DNA of 64,000 bases from Pseudothermotoga sp. (GTDB lineage Bacteria > Thermotogota > Thermotogae > Thermotogales > DSM-5069): the NCBI GenBank assembly GCA_031962025.1, contig JAVRKW010000004.1; one strand, 5' to 3'. Positions within the stretch are counted from its first letter, which is position 1. Every line of letters begins with the position of its first letter. The notes beneath the pieces were generated by a model. The model saw nothing but the letters and a program-made list of their open reading frames with translations. It was not told the DNA's origin and searched no databases. This document shows positions 20,312 to 29,880 of this stretch, in pieces. Position numbers and translations under genes: made by a program.

Positions 20312-21414
20312 CTTTTGTCACCTAGTATTACCTTGGAATACATTTCATCAATAAGCTTTACTGTTTCACAACAATTGAACAACCTTTTCAGATGATTATA
20401 TGCCCTTAAACGTTTTTTATTTACTTTCTCAGGATTTTTGTGAAGATCATCAAAGAAATTCAACAAGGAATGCAAAAAGCTTTCCGGAGTAAACGAACTT
20501 GAGAGATATCCATAAGAATTATCCGGTATAATGTCTATTATCCCTCTCGCAGGTGTAGCGATTATTGGTAGCCCATATTTTATCCCTTCTAAAACCACAA
20601 AAGGCATACCCTCAAATCGAGACGGGACCACCAAAGCATCATAATTATTTACATTTATTTCAGAAAAGTTTTTCGATCCTTTAAAGCATACTTTGTCATT
20701 TAGATTTAACACGCTTACCATTCTTCTTAAATTATTTCTTTCTTTTCCATCTCCGTAAATATCAAGTATGAAATTATAACTAATATTTTTAAGTGATTTT
20801 AATAGTATATCCAATCCTTTTTGCTTGGAAAGTCTCCCAACAAATAATAATTTTACAACATCTTTTTCTTCTATGTGCAGTTTTTGAGAATCATTTTCAA
20901 TTTTGCCTTCCATTTCAATGCAATTGTAGATAATTTTTGTTTTGTTTTTATCTATTTGAACAAATCTAAGAAAGAATTCTCTTTCACTTTCAGAAACAAA
21001 ATGATACATTTTCGTTTTCTTAATTGCGGATCTTTCCCAATTTAGGTATATTGCTCTTATAATTTTGGGAAGAAGTTCTGTATTGAATCCATGTAATGTA
21101 TAAATAGTCCTACTCCAGTATTTTTTTGGTAAAAGCAATCTTCCATATAAACCAGCGCCTCTACCGTGGAGGTGTATGACGCTTGGCTCAATTTTTTTCA
21201 GAATCTTTCTTATTACAATTGCATCTGCTAAAAAGAAACCAGGCAGGATGAAAATAGCCTTATCTCCAAAAAAACTGCGAGCATCACTGACCAATTCTCC
21301 TGGTCTTCCAACCAAAATATGTTGATAGTGTGGTAGTTTTTCCTTTACCAGTTTTATAAATTTATATCCCCCACCCATGGAAATCCTAGAAGTTATATGA
21401 AGAATTTTCATCAT
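20308..21414 (-). CDS. GT4 glycosyltransferase
   Basis: IHLHG, YTLHG, FVGRLSKQKG, PSRFEGMPFVVLE. Confidence 0.88.
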   Translation of the reverse strand: MMKILHITSRISMGGGYKFIKLVKEKLPHYQHILVGRPGELVSDARSFFGDKAIFILPGFFLADAIVIRKILKKIEPSVIHLHGRGAGLYGRLLLPKKYWSRTIYTLHGFNTELLPKIIRAIYLNWERSAIKKTKMYHFVSESEREFFLRFVQIDKNKTKIIYNCIEMEGKIENDSQKLHIEEKDVVKLLFVGRLSKQKGLDILLKSLKNISYNFILDIYGDGKERNNLRRMVSVLNLNDKVCFKGSKNFSEINVNNYDALVVPSRFEGMPFVVLEGIKYGLPIIATPARGIIDIIPDNSYGYLSSSFTPESFLHSLLNFFDDLHKNPEKVNKKRLRAYNHLKRLFNCCETVKLIDEMYSKVILGDKR

Positions 21415-22544
21415 GAATCACCTCGTAATATTTCTCGAATAGATTTTGTAAAATTTTCTATTGAGAATTTTTTTGCTCTCTCAACAATTAAGTTTTCTCG
21501 TTCTTTCCAATTGCTTAAGCAAATCTCTTTTATACTTCTAGCTAAAGCTTTCTCATCTTTCGGTGAAACAATCATACCGGTTTCTCCATGAATATTGTAG
21601 TAACTTGTCCCTGTACCAAGTTCTGTTGTTACGATTGGTGTACCACATGCCATCGCTTCCAGGGCTACCAAGCCGAATGCTTCTGCTCTGCTGATTGAAG
21701 GTAAGACAAAAACATCCGCTGAGGAATAGAATTCTGGTAGTTCTTCATATGACACATGCTTATGGAAAAGTACTCGATCTTCTAAACCAAGTTTTCCAAT
21801 AAGTTTTTCAAGTCTCTTTTTTTTAGGTCCCTCTCCAATCAGTACCAGACCGTATGAATTGTCCAGCGATTTCATTGCTTTGATGAGATATTCTAGTCCT
21901 TTATATTGAGCAAGTCTTCCTACGTACATCACAATTTTATTTACCTTTACCTTGAAGAATGAAAGAAGGTAATCCCTTTTGTTTGGATTTCTCGGATAGA
22001 AGTGTGAAGTATCAACAAAAAGAGGAATGACTTTTATTTTATTCGCATACCTTTTCAAGATCTTCGAAGTTTTAGATATGTTGGGTGAAGTAACTATTAT
22101 TTCATCCATGACATTTAAAAAACGCTTTACAATGAAATTGTTATAAAACCATCCGATAAACCCATAACCTACGACATCAGCGTGATAGAAACATATTTTC
22201 TTGGCTTTAGTTTTTTTGTAAAGGTTGAAATAGAGTTCTGGCTGGCCTGAGGGGAAATGAAACACTATAACATCCGCATTTTTGGACTGTTTTGTGAATT
22301 CGTTTTTGTAGTAATCAGAAAGTCTTATTGAGTTTTTCATAAATCTAATAGGAAGTCGAATGACCTCAACACCATTTATTTGGTGAGTTTCGCGTGTTCG
22401 TCTGTTATTAAATGTTAGCACTGTTACCTTTTCAAATGAAGCCATCGTTTCAGACATGATTTTTGCTACGATCTCTACTCCTCCTATTTCAGGGTAGTAC
22501 ATTTTATTCAAAATAAGAATATTCACTTCGCCCCTCTTCTCCAT
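21411..22544 (-). CDS. GT4 glycosyltransferase (possible mannosyltransferase)
   Basis: YYPEIGGVE, VGRLAQYKG, PSISRAEAFGLVALEAMACG; start may be the GTG a few codons downstream. Confidence 0.88.
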   Translation of the reverse strand: MEKRGEVNILILNKMYYPEIGGVEIVAKIMSETMASFEKVTVLTFNNRRTRETHQINGVEVIRLPIRFMKNSIRLSDYYKNEFTKQSKNADVIVFHFPSGQPELYFNLYKKTKAKKICFYHADVVGYGFIGWFYNNFIVKRFLNVMDEIIVTSPNISKTSKILKRYANKIKVIPLFVDTSHFYPRNPNKRDYLLSFFKVKVNKIVMYVGRLAQYKGLEYLIKAMKSLDNSYGLVLIGEGPKKKRLEKLIGKLGLEDRVLFHKHVSYEELPEFYSSADVFVLPSISRAEAFGLVALEAMACGTPIVTTELGTGTSYYNIHGETGMIVSPKDEKALARSIKEICLSNWKERENLIVERAKKFSIENFTKSIREILRGDS

Positions 22545-23743
22545 AACACAGCCTCCAGTGTTTGAAGTATGATTCGAAGATCAAGAAAGATGTTTCTGTT
22601 TTTCACGTACCACAGATCGTAGCTGAGTTTTTTCTTCACTTCTTCCAGTGTGGAAGAGTACTTGTACATGAGCTGAGCCCAGCCGGTGATACCGGGTTTT
22701 ACCATGTGTCTCATATGATAAAACGGTATCTGTTCGCTGAACATTTTGACGAACTCTTCCTGCTCTGGTCTTGAGCCAACAACGCTCATATCGCCTTTTA
22801 GAACATTCACAAACTGCAGTGTTTCGTCTATTCTGAACGGTCTTATGAGTTTGCCGATTTTCAATATTCTGTCTTTCTCCTGGTCTGCGAATTTTGGCGT
22901 TTTTTTGTCGGCTTTTCTCATGCTTCTGAATTTCAGCATTGTGAATGTTTTCCCGTCTTTTCCCACCCTTTTTTGTTTGAACACCACGGGTCTTCCATCT
23001 TCCAGATATATCATTATACTAACCAGCAGCATGATTGGAGAAAAAACTACAAGGGCAATCAGTGAAACTGTTATATCGACGATTCTTTTTGCGGGTGAGT
23101 CGTCGTTTATCTGGCTGAAGGCAATTTTGTAGTATTCTTCAAATTTTTCCATCACTTCGATGGGAATTCTTTTAAGTGTTTTTTCCACAAGGTTTGGTAA
23201 ATATTCCACTTGCCTGATGTTTGCTTTTTTTAAAATGTCTTGAAGCTTTGGATCTGCAAGAAGAACGTGGTTGTATTGTTTTGTTTTCACCTTCAGCGTC
23301 TCGATGGATGGGTTTATGTATTCCACAAACCGGTATTTTCCCATGGTTTTTTCTTCTATTTCTTTTAAAATGTGTCCTATTTCTTCTTTTCTTCCGACGA
23401 CAAGAAAGGTCTTTGTGGGCTGTTTTTTGATGATTAGTTTCCCAAGCACGGTGTTGAGGGGTGGTATCACAATGACGCACAGCAAAAAGTTGTATATGAA
23501 GCTATGGCGATCAAATTCAAATACAGGATAAAAGATGAGAGCCAATATAAAAGAAAAAAGCGCTCCTACCGTTGTTCTTATGAGCTGTTCATTGTAGCTT
23601 TGAAGATTTTCTGTTTCGTAAAGCCTGAATGCGAAAAAAGATAAAAAAAGGCATGCTGTGAACACAGCGGCTGTATGCCATTTGAAAAAAGAAAGATTGA
23701 GTATTAAAATTGCTGTAAGATCCAAAACAGCAAGATATTTCAC
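22523..23743 (-). CDS. Polyprenyl-phosphate glycosylphosphotransferase (WcaJ/WbaP-like priming transferase)
   Basis: N-terminal TMs; KRIVDI, FKQKRVG, KFRSM, DETLQF..GDMSVVG, KPGITGWAQ. Confidence 0.92.
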   Translation of the reverse strand: MKYLAVLDLTAILILNLSFFKWHTAAVFTACLFLSFFAFRLYETENLQSYNEQLIRTTVGALFSFILALIFYPVFEFDRHSFIYNFLLCVIVIPPLNTVLGKLIIKKQPTKTFLVVGRKEEIGHILKEIEEKTMGKYRFVEYINPSIETLKVKTKQYNHVLLADPKLQDILKKANIRQVEYLPNLVEKTLKRIPIEVMEKFEEYYKIAFSQINDDSPAKRIVDITVSLIALVVFSPIMLLVSIMIYLEDGRPVVFKQKRVGKDGKTFTMLKFRSMRKADKKTPKFADQEKDRILKIGKLIRPFRIDETLQFVNVLKGDMSVVGSRPEQEEFVKMFSEQIPFYHMRHMVKPGITGWAQLMYKYSSTLEEVKKKLSYDLWYVKNRNIFLDLRIILQTLEAVLWRRGAK

Positions 23744-23758
23744 AGCACAGCCCCCATT

Positions 23759-24730
23759 TTACTTGATCTTTCCCATGCCTTCTTTTATTCTTTCAAGCTG
23801 TTTTTCGTCTGCAACCAGTATTCCATTTTGTGATTCCACAACGACTATGTCTTTTAGTCCAATCACCACTGTTGGTTTTGTTGTCCGTACAAATGCGTTG
23901 CTGTCTATAAGCACTGCACCGGGTGAATTTTCTATTCCAAGTTCTTTCAGCGATCTGAAGTTTCCCACATCAGACCAGATGAAGTCGCTTTTTACCGTGT
24001 ATATCCTGTCTGCTTTTTCCATCAGTGCATAATCGATGCTTATGGATGGAACTTTATGGTAGATGGTTTCTGTGTCTTTTTCCTGTAAAAATGGCTCGAT
24101 TATCTCTGGTGCGTGTTTTTTCATCTGTGCCACAAAGTAATCTTTTTTCCACATGAACATGCCGCTGTTCCAGAAGAATTTGCCCGAATTTACATATTCC
24201 ACAGCAGTTTCGTAATTTGGTTTTTCTCGAAACATTTTCACAGAAAAGATATTTTCGTGCACCTGTTTATCTATTTCTATGTAGCCATAGCCTGTTTCCG
24301 GCCTTGATGGAACTATTCCAAAGGTGACTATGCCTTCATGCGTTTCGACGAATTTTTGAGCAAGTTCAACGCACTGCCAGAATGTTTCCACATCCGGTAT
24401 ATAATGATCTGCCGGGACTATGAAGATGGTTTCGTTTTCATCAAAATGCAGAGTTGCAAAAGTGCACGCAGGCGCGGTGTTTTTCTTTAACGGTTCAAGC
24501 AGGATGTTTTCTCTACAAAGTTCTGGTACTTCAGAAGAAGTAGGCTGTTCGTAGATCTTATTTGTGACAATGTATATATCATCAGGACGGGCTCTGTACA
24601 GGAGCCTTTCAAAGGTTTGCCTTAATAATGTCTTTTCACCAAAAAGTTTTAAAAACTGTTTTGGTGTCTGAGGTGTGGAAAGGGGCCAAAACCTTTCCCC
24701 GCTTCCCCCAGCCAGAATTATCGTTTTCAT
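23759..24730 (-). CDS. manC: Mannose-1-phosphate guanylyltransferase
   Basis: ILAGGSGERFWPLS..PKQF, NTAPA, PADH, ETGYGYI, WNSGMF, SIDYA.MEK, WSDVG. Confidence 0.93.
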   Translation of the reverse strand: MKTIILAGGSGERFWPLSTPQTPKQFLKLFGEKTLLRQTFERLLYRARPDDIYIVTNKIYEQPTSSEVPELCRENILLEPLKKNTAPACTFATLHFDENETIFIVPADHYIPDVETFWQCVELAQKFVETHEGIVTFGIVPSRPETGYGYIEIDKQVHENIFSVKMFREKPNYETAVEYVNSGKFFWNSGMFMWKKDYFVAQMKKHAPEIIEPFLQEKDTETIYHKVPSISIDYALMEKADRIYTVKSDFIWSDVGNFRSLKELGIENSPGAVLIDSNAFVRTTKPTVVIGLKDIVVVESQNGILVADEKQLERIKEGMGKIK

Positions 24731-24870
24731 TAAAAGCCCCCAAGTGGAATGATGCATTAATGAGTATAACACTCATAATTGTTTTTATCAACCTTGTGGG
24801 CAAAGTTCACAGATGATGTGATTGAAGTAAAAAACGAAATGTGCTGCTGCAGTACAAAAGCAGGCTTTTT

Positions 24871-26451
24871 TCAAATTTGCTCGTATTTCCATTCTTTTAT
24901 GTTTCTTTCTTTGCTTGAGATGCTTATACCTACCAAATAGCATTTTTTGTATTTGTATGATTGGTGATATCTTTTGGCTTTTATCTGTTCTATCGCTTTG
25001 TCTGCAGGTTGGTCTACTTTCAATTCGAATATGTATACCGTACCGTTTGTTATAAGTATTATGTCTATTCTCCCACCACCTACTTCTACTTCTGTCTGTA
25101 CGTTGTATCCCAATGCTGCAAGTATGCAGTATATCAACGATTGATAGTACATCTCTAAGTGTTTTATCTTTTCTTCTTTCACTCTCTTTTCTATCCCATT
25201 GGTTATTCTGTAGCTCAATCCTGATATCACCGCTTTGAATGTCTCTATCAATTTCTCTATGTCTTGCTCTTTTATCGCTTTTTCTACTTCAAATGCTATC
25301 TGCCTTTTTTTCTCTTCGTTTATCTGGTAGTTTATCTCTAACAACATGCTGCCTATGGATTTTTTCACATCTATGTTCGGAAAATCTATTTTGTACCTGC
25401 CTGGTTCTATGGTTTCTTCAAAGGTCAGATATCCAGTTTGTATTAAAAAAACCTTTGCTGTCGTATCTTCTATCTCCCTTTTGGATAGTTCGCTTTTTTC
25501 TACCTGCCCATCTTTCAATATTTCGTTCAAATCTATTTTTTTGTTTATGAAGTAGTCATACAGAAACTGCGGTGCTCCACTTTCATGCCAGTGCTCTGCA
25601 AATTCTCCGCTTTTGTAGAATAAAAGTACAGCAAATGGATTGTACACTTTGTGTTTGCCGTCAAAGCAAAAGCCGTCGTAGTAGTCTTTCAGTTTCTCGA
25701 AGAATTCTTCTTTTGTCATGTTGGTTTGTTTCAGGTAATTTTGTGTGTATTGGTGGAAGTATTTTTCAATTTCTTGTTGAGTATATCCGAGCATTTGAGA
25801 GAATTGTTCATAATAAGAGATATCTTCCAGGTTGTTCAAAGCGCTGAATACACCCATTTTTGTGAATTTGGTTATGCCTGTTATGAACACAAATCTCAGG
25901 CAACTACCAAGGCTTTTTATCTTTCCATAAAACTGTCTCAGTTCGTTTCTCATCTCTTCTATCTTTCTTTTGTTTGTTATGTGATCTAATATCGGCTTTT
26001 CGTATTCGTCTATCAACAAAACCACTGGTTTTGAAACCTTTGAGTATATACCGTTCACCAATTCCTGTATCCTGTTCGATATCGTACTGGTTCGAAATTC
26101 TATGCCGTATCTTTCAGAGTATTCTAACAACATCATGTGTATGCTCTCTCTGAGTGTCTCAAGATCTGTGCTGTCTACTTTGTTCATATCCAGCACGATA
26201 ACAGGATGTTTTTCTTTCTCCCAATTCCATCTGTCGTATATCCATGTGTCTTTGAACAGTTCTTTTTGCCCTGAAAATAGATAATACAGAGTGCTTACTG
26301 TAAGACTCTTTCCAAATCTTCTTGGTCGAGATAGAAAATAGTACATGCCTGTTGTTGTCATTTCATAAAGATACTCTGTCTTGTCTACGTATATGTAATT
26401 GCCTTCTATGATCTGTTTAAAGTCGTTTATGCCTACAGGAAGTTTTTTCAT
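24871..26451 (-). CDS. AAA-ATPase-like + PD-(D/E)XK nuclease (DUF1703-type) protein, copy A
   Basis: LPVGINDF, YVDKT, RPRRFGKSL, LIDEYEKP, YNPF; C-terminal GRIDI...IFELK. Confidence 0.88.
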   Translation of the reverse strand: MKKLPVGINDFKQIIEGNYIYVDKTEYLYEMTTTGMYYFLSRPRRFGKSLTVSTLYYLFSGQKELFKDTWIYDRWNWEKEKHPVIVLDMNKVDSTDLETLRESIHMMLLEYSERYGIEFRTSTISNRIQELVNGIYSKVSKPVVLLIDEYEKPILDHITNKRKIEEMRNELRQFYGKIKSLGSCLRFVFITGITKFTKMGVFSALNNLEDISYYEQFSQMLGYTQQEIEKYFHQYTQNYLKQTNMTKEEFFEKLKDYYDGFCFDGKHKVYNPFAVLLFYKSGEFAEHWHESGAPQFLYDYFINKKIDLNEILKDGQVEKSELSKREIEDTTAKVFLIQTGYLTFEETIEPGRYKIDFPNIDVKKSIGSMLLEINYQINEEKKRQIAFEVEKAIKEQDIEKLIETFKAVISGLSYRITNGIEKRVKEEKIKHLEMYYQSLIYCILAALGYNVQTEVEVGGGRIDIILITNGTVYIFELKVDQPADKAIEQIKAKRYHQSYKYKKCYLVGISISSKERNIKEWKYEQI

Positions 26452-26452
26452 T

Positions 26453-28030
26453 TCACACACCTTCTACTTTCCATTCTTTTATGTTTCTTTCTTTGCTTGA
26501 GATGCTTATACCTACCAAATAGCATTTTTTGTATCTGTATGATTGGTGATATCTTTTGGCTTTTATCTGTTCTATCGCTTTGTCTGCAGGTTGATCTACT
26601 TTCAATTCGAATATGTATACCGTACCGTTTGTCTTGAGTACAAGATCTATCCTGCCGCTGGATACTTCCTGTTCTATCTGTACATCATACCCGCTTGCAC
26701 TCAAAAAAGCGTATATCAAACTCTGGTAGTATGCCTCAAGAATTGTCAGTCTGTCTGCCTGATGTTTTTCTATACTTTCATGTGTCCGATAGCTTATGCC
26801 CCCTATTACACTCTGAAGTAATCTCATCAGCCCTTCTATGTCGTGGTTTTTTATGTGCTCGTCTATCCTGTGAGATATCTGTGTTATCCTGCTTTGCTCA
26901 ATCTGGTATTCCACTTCAAGTGCCATCCTGCTTATGGATTTGGATACGTCTATGTTTGGAAAGCCTATTTCGTATTCACCGGGTTTGATCTCTTTGTTGA
27001 AAGTCAGGTATCCAGCCTGTACCAAGAATACTTTGGGTGTTGTGTCTTCTATCTCTCTTGAGCTTAGTTCAAGTTCTGTCACCCTGTTTTCCAATAACAG
27101 TTCGTGTATCTTCACCTTCTTGTCTATGAAATATTCGTACAGAAACTGTGGCGCACCTGATTCACTCCAGTATTCTTTGAACCTTCCTTCTGAAAAAAAC
27201 AGCAGTACAGCAAATGGGTTGTACACTTTGTGTTTGCCGTCAAAGCAAAAGCCGTCGTAGTAGTCTTCGAGTTTTTCAAAGAACTCTTCTTTTGTGAAAT
27301 AGTTTTGTTTGAGGTATGAATCGATGTGTTCGGTGAAGTATTTTTCTATTTCCTGGTTGGTGTATCCAAGCATTTGAGAATAAGCGGTGCTGAATGAGAT
27401 GTCTCTGAGGTTGTTCAAAGCGCTGAATACACCCATTTTTGTGAATTTGGTTATGCCTGTTATGAATACAAATCTCAGACAACTGCCAAGACTTTTTATC
27501 TTCCCATAAAACTGTCTCAGTTCGTCTCTCATCTCTTCTATCTTTCTTTTGTTTGTTATGTGATCTAATATCGGCTTTTCGTATTCGTCTATCAGTAAAA
27601 CCACTGTTCTGTTTGTCTTTTCATAGGTTTTTTTTATCAACTGCTCGAATTTGCCATCTATCGTGTCGTCCTGTAATTGTACCTCATAGAATCTGGCATG
27701 TTCCTGCAAAATCATCTCAAGTCTTTTTCTCATGCTTTCTATATCCTGTGTGTTCAATCTGTTCATATCCAGCACGATAACAGGATGTTTTTCTTTCTCC
27801 CAGTCCCATTTGTCGTATATCCATGTGTCTTTGAACAGTTCTTTTTGTCCTGAAAATAGATAATACAGAGTGCTTACTGTAAGACTCTTTCCAAATCTTC
27901 GTGGTCGAGATAGAAAATAGTACATGCCTGTTGTTGTCATTTCATAAAGATATTCTGTCTTGTCTACGTATATGTAATTGCCTTCTATGATCTGTTTAAA
28001 GTCGTTTATGCCTACAGGAAGTTTTTTCAT
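26453..28030 (-). CDS. AAA-ATPase-like + PD-(D/E)XK nuclease (DUF1703-type) protein, copy B
   Basis: Same motifs as copy A; ATG 28030 follows GGGTGGGA; tandem paralog with period about 1.58 kb. Confidence 0.88.
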   Translation of the reverse strand: MKKLPVGINDFKQIIEGNYIYVDKTEYLYEMTTTGMYYFLSRPRRFGKSLTVSTLYYLFSGQKELFKDTWIYDKWDWEKEKHPVIVLDMNRLNTQDIESMRKRLEMILQEHARFYEVQLQDDTIDGKFEQLIKKTYEKTNRTVVLLIDEYEKPILDHITNKRKIEEMRDELRQFYGKIKSLGSCLRFVFITGITKFTKMGVFSALNNLRDISFSTAYSQMLGYTNQEIEKYFTEHIDSYLKQNYFTKEEFFEKLEDYYDGFCFDGKHKVYNPFAVLLFFSEGRFKEYWSESGAPQFLYEYFIDKKVKIHELLLENRVTELELSSREIEDTTPKVFLVQAGYLTFNKEIKPGEYEIGFPNIDVSKSISRMALEVEYQIEQSRITQISHRIDEHIKNHDIEGLMRLLQSVIGGISYRTHESIEKHQADRLTILEAYYQSLIYAFLSASGYDVQIEQEVSSGRIDLVLKTNGTVYIFELKVDQPADKAIEQIKAKRYHQSYRYKKCYLVGISISSKERNIKEWKVEGV

Positions 28031-28152
28031 TATCCCACCCTTTTCTATTATGCCACGGATGTTTTTCAAACTGTTTGGCACAATGACAGAGGGGTAAATT
28101 GACATTTTTCTTAAGTTGTGATAGCATATTTCAAACACAAGGGGGTGATACT

Positions 28153-28695
28153 GTGAAGAGATTGCTTTTGGTTTTTGTGGTGGCTGGATTGCTTGCTCTG
28201 TCAGGTTGTATGCTCTTTCAACCAAGCGATGATCAGTTGGCAAGAAATTTACTGAACCGGGTTTTAGAAGTCATCGAATCTGGTGAAGCTTCAACTCCAG
28301 CAGATCTTGTGCAATTGATCAGGCAATTTGTCTACATTCCCGACGAAGATGCTTCAGATACTGATGTGATTGACGAAGCAGGTTTTTTAGCTGAATTTTG
28401 CGTTGGTTTTAACTTTATCTGGCCTTCTACTCTCACCAGTGTAGAACTCAAAGGATTGAGTGAAATTAACAGCAGATATTTTAGCTATAACTGGACAAAT
28501 AAACCAGATTTTGTACAAAAAACTTATATGGTGGTGGCACAGGGTGAGACTGAAGATAGCACCCCGACATCTTTTTCACTGCCGTTTTTGGTAATCAACA
28601 ACGAAGGTTATTTCTTTGCGGTGTATTTGAAAACTACAGGCAGTGCCACAGAAGTTAGAGTGTATCCTAAACCATTAATATTATCTTTACCTTAA
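28153..28695 (+). CDS. Hypothetical lipoprotein
   Basis: GTG after GGGGGTG; KR + hydrophobic stretch + LSGC lipobox. Confidence 0.7.
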   Translation: MKRLLLVFVVAGLLALSGCMLFQPSDDQLARNLLNRVLEVIESGEASTPADLVQLIRQFVYIPDEDASDTDVIDEAGFLAEFCVGFNFIWPSTLTSVELKGLSEINSRYFSYNWTNKPDFVQKTYMVVAQGETEDSTPTSFSLPFLVINNEGYFFAVYLKTTGSATEVRVYPKPLILSLP

Positions 28696-28719
28696 GAGTA
28701 AATAGAAATTTCACGTACT

Positions 28720-28755
28720 ATCCCCGAAGGAATAGCCCTTCGGGGATTATTTTTT
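28720..28755 (+). terminator. Intrinsic terminator
   Basis: ATCCCCGAAGG/CCTTCGGGGAT stem followed by TATTTTTT. Confidence 0.85.
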
Positions 28756-28849
28756 GTGAGCCATAGATTTGATGTACATTCCACAAAGGATCTTCATTTA
28801 AAATGAATTGCGGATGGGTCTTCATTTTCTTTTAACTGAAAAACCAAAC

Positions 28850-28877
28850 TTGAATTTTGGGCAAGTTGTATTATAAT
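28850..28877 (+). promoter_or_regulatory. Sigma-70 promoter of the tRNA pair
   Basis: TTGAAT-N16-TATAAT just upstream of tRNA-Ser. Confidence 0.6.
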
Positions 28878-28889
28878 GAGAATTAGTTT

Positions 28890-28981
<92 letters not shown>

Positions 28982-28985
28982 GGTT

Positions 28986-29062
28986 GTGCCCGTAGCTCAG
29001 CTGGATAGAGCGCCAGACTGCGGATCTGGAGGCCGGGAGTTCAAATCTCCCCGGGCACGCCA
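28986..29062 (+). tRNA. tRNA-Arg(GCG)
   Basis: GTGCCCG acceptor stem, CCAGA-CT-GCG-GA-TCTGG anticodon arm, GTTCAAAT, CCA. Confidence 0.93.
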
Positions 29063-29880
29063 GAGGTGAGCCATTTACCTTCATCTATCAATCTTGCCAG
29101 GGTGTATCTGAAGCCTTTTGTTGAAACTCTTATATCGCCTTTTTTTGCTATTGACATTGCCACAGCACAACCTGCGATGATCGTTTTTTCCCTTCCAGAT
29201 GGTATGATTTTCAAATTCTCTAACTGAGCAGCCGTCATCATCCTGATTTTTTCAAAGATCATTTTGATATCTTCCAGTTTCAAAATGAAGTTGTCTAAAA
29301 GATCAAGGTCCCATTTTCCGGCTTTCAACGCGGCGATAGCCACAAAAGAACCACCTACTCCCACCGGGTTTTTAAAATCTGGCAATTTTTCACTCACAAA
29401 TTCCACGGCTTTTTGAAAATCTTTTGCTTTGGGTAAAGATAGATCAAAGATGGAATTGAGGACATGTGTTCCCAGTTCAAGGCTCACAAACCAGTCTTTT
29501 CTTACAACTTCCAGACTTCCACCGCCAAGATCAAAGACAGTTATATCTTCACTCTTTTGTGGACCTATGCACAGATAGGTGTAATACGCTTCTTCTTTTT
29601 CTGAAAGGATCTTTCCTTTAAATCCAAAACGGTTCATGAGTTTTTCAAACAGTTCGGGTCTTCGGCGAAAGACCGCCGTACCAAAGGCGTACGTCTCTAT
29701 ACTGTCGATTTCTTTTTTGATCTTTTCAAGAAAATGTGCGGCAATGGAAAATGCCTGATCATCATCTTTAATTGATCTGAGGCCTACTTCATAAACTTTC
29801 TCTAGGAGCGTTTTGCCTTTGTCGTATACAAGAACGATAAATGAATTCGAACCAAGATCAAGAACAGCAACCATCTTCAT
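29041..29880 (-). CDS. Ppx/GppA family phosphatase (short form)
   Basis: LDLGSNS, GTAVFR, LSEKEEA, DLGGGSLE, GVGGS; ATG 29880 overlaps the upstream stop (TGATG). Confidence 0.85.
   Translation of the reverse strand: MKMVAVLDLGSNSFIVLVYDKGKTLLEKVYEVGLRSIKDDDQAFSIAAHFLEKIKKEIDSIETYAFGTAVFRRRPELFEKLMNRFGFKGKILSEKEEAYYTYLCIGPQKSEDITVFDLGGGSLEVVRKDWFVSLELGTHVLNSIFDLSLPKAKDFQKAVEFVSEKLPDFKNPVGVGGSFVAIAALKAGKWDLDLLDNFILKLEDIKMIFEKIRMMTAAQLENLKIIPSGREKTIIAGCAVAMSIAKKGDIRVSTKGFRYTLARLIDEGKWLTSGVPGEI

Noticed and set aside
24871..28030. Diversity-generating retroelement explanation for the paralog variation
   Set aside because: No reverse transcriptase; differences are not adenine-specific
28031..28243. 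N-terminal extension of AAA copy B (596-aa call)
   Set aside because: Paralog alignment and SD place the start at 28030; the extension overlaps the lipoprotein gene
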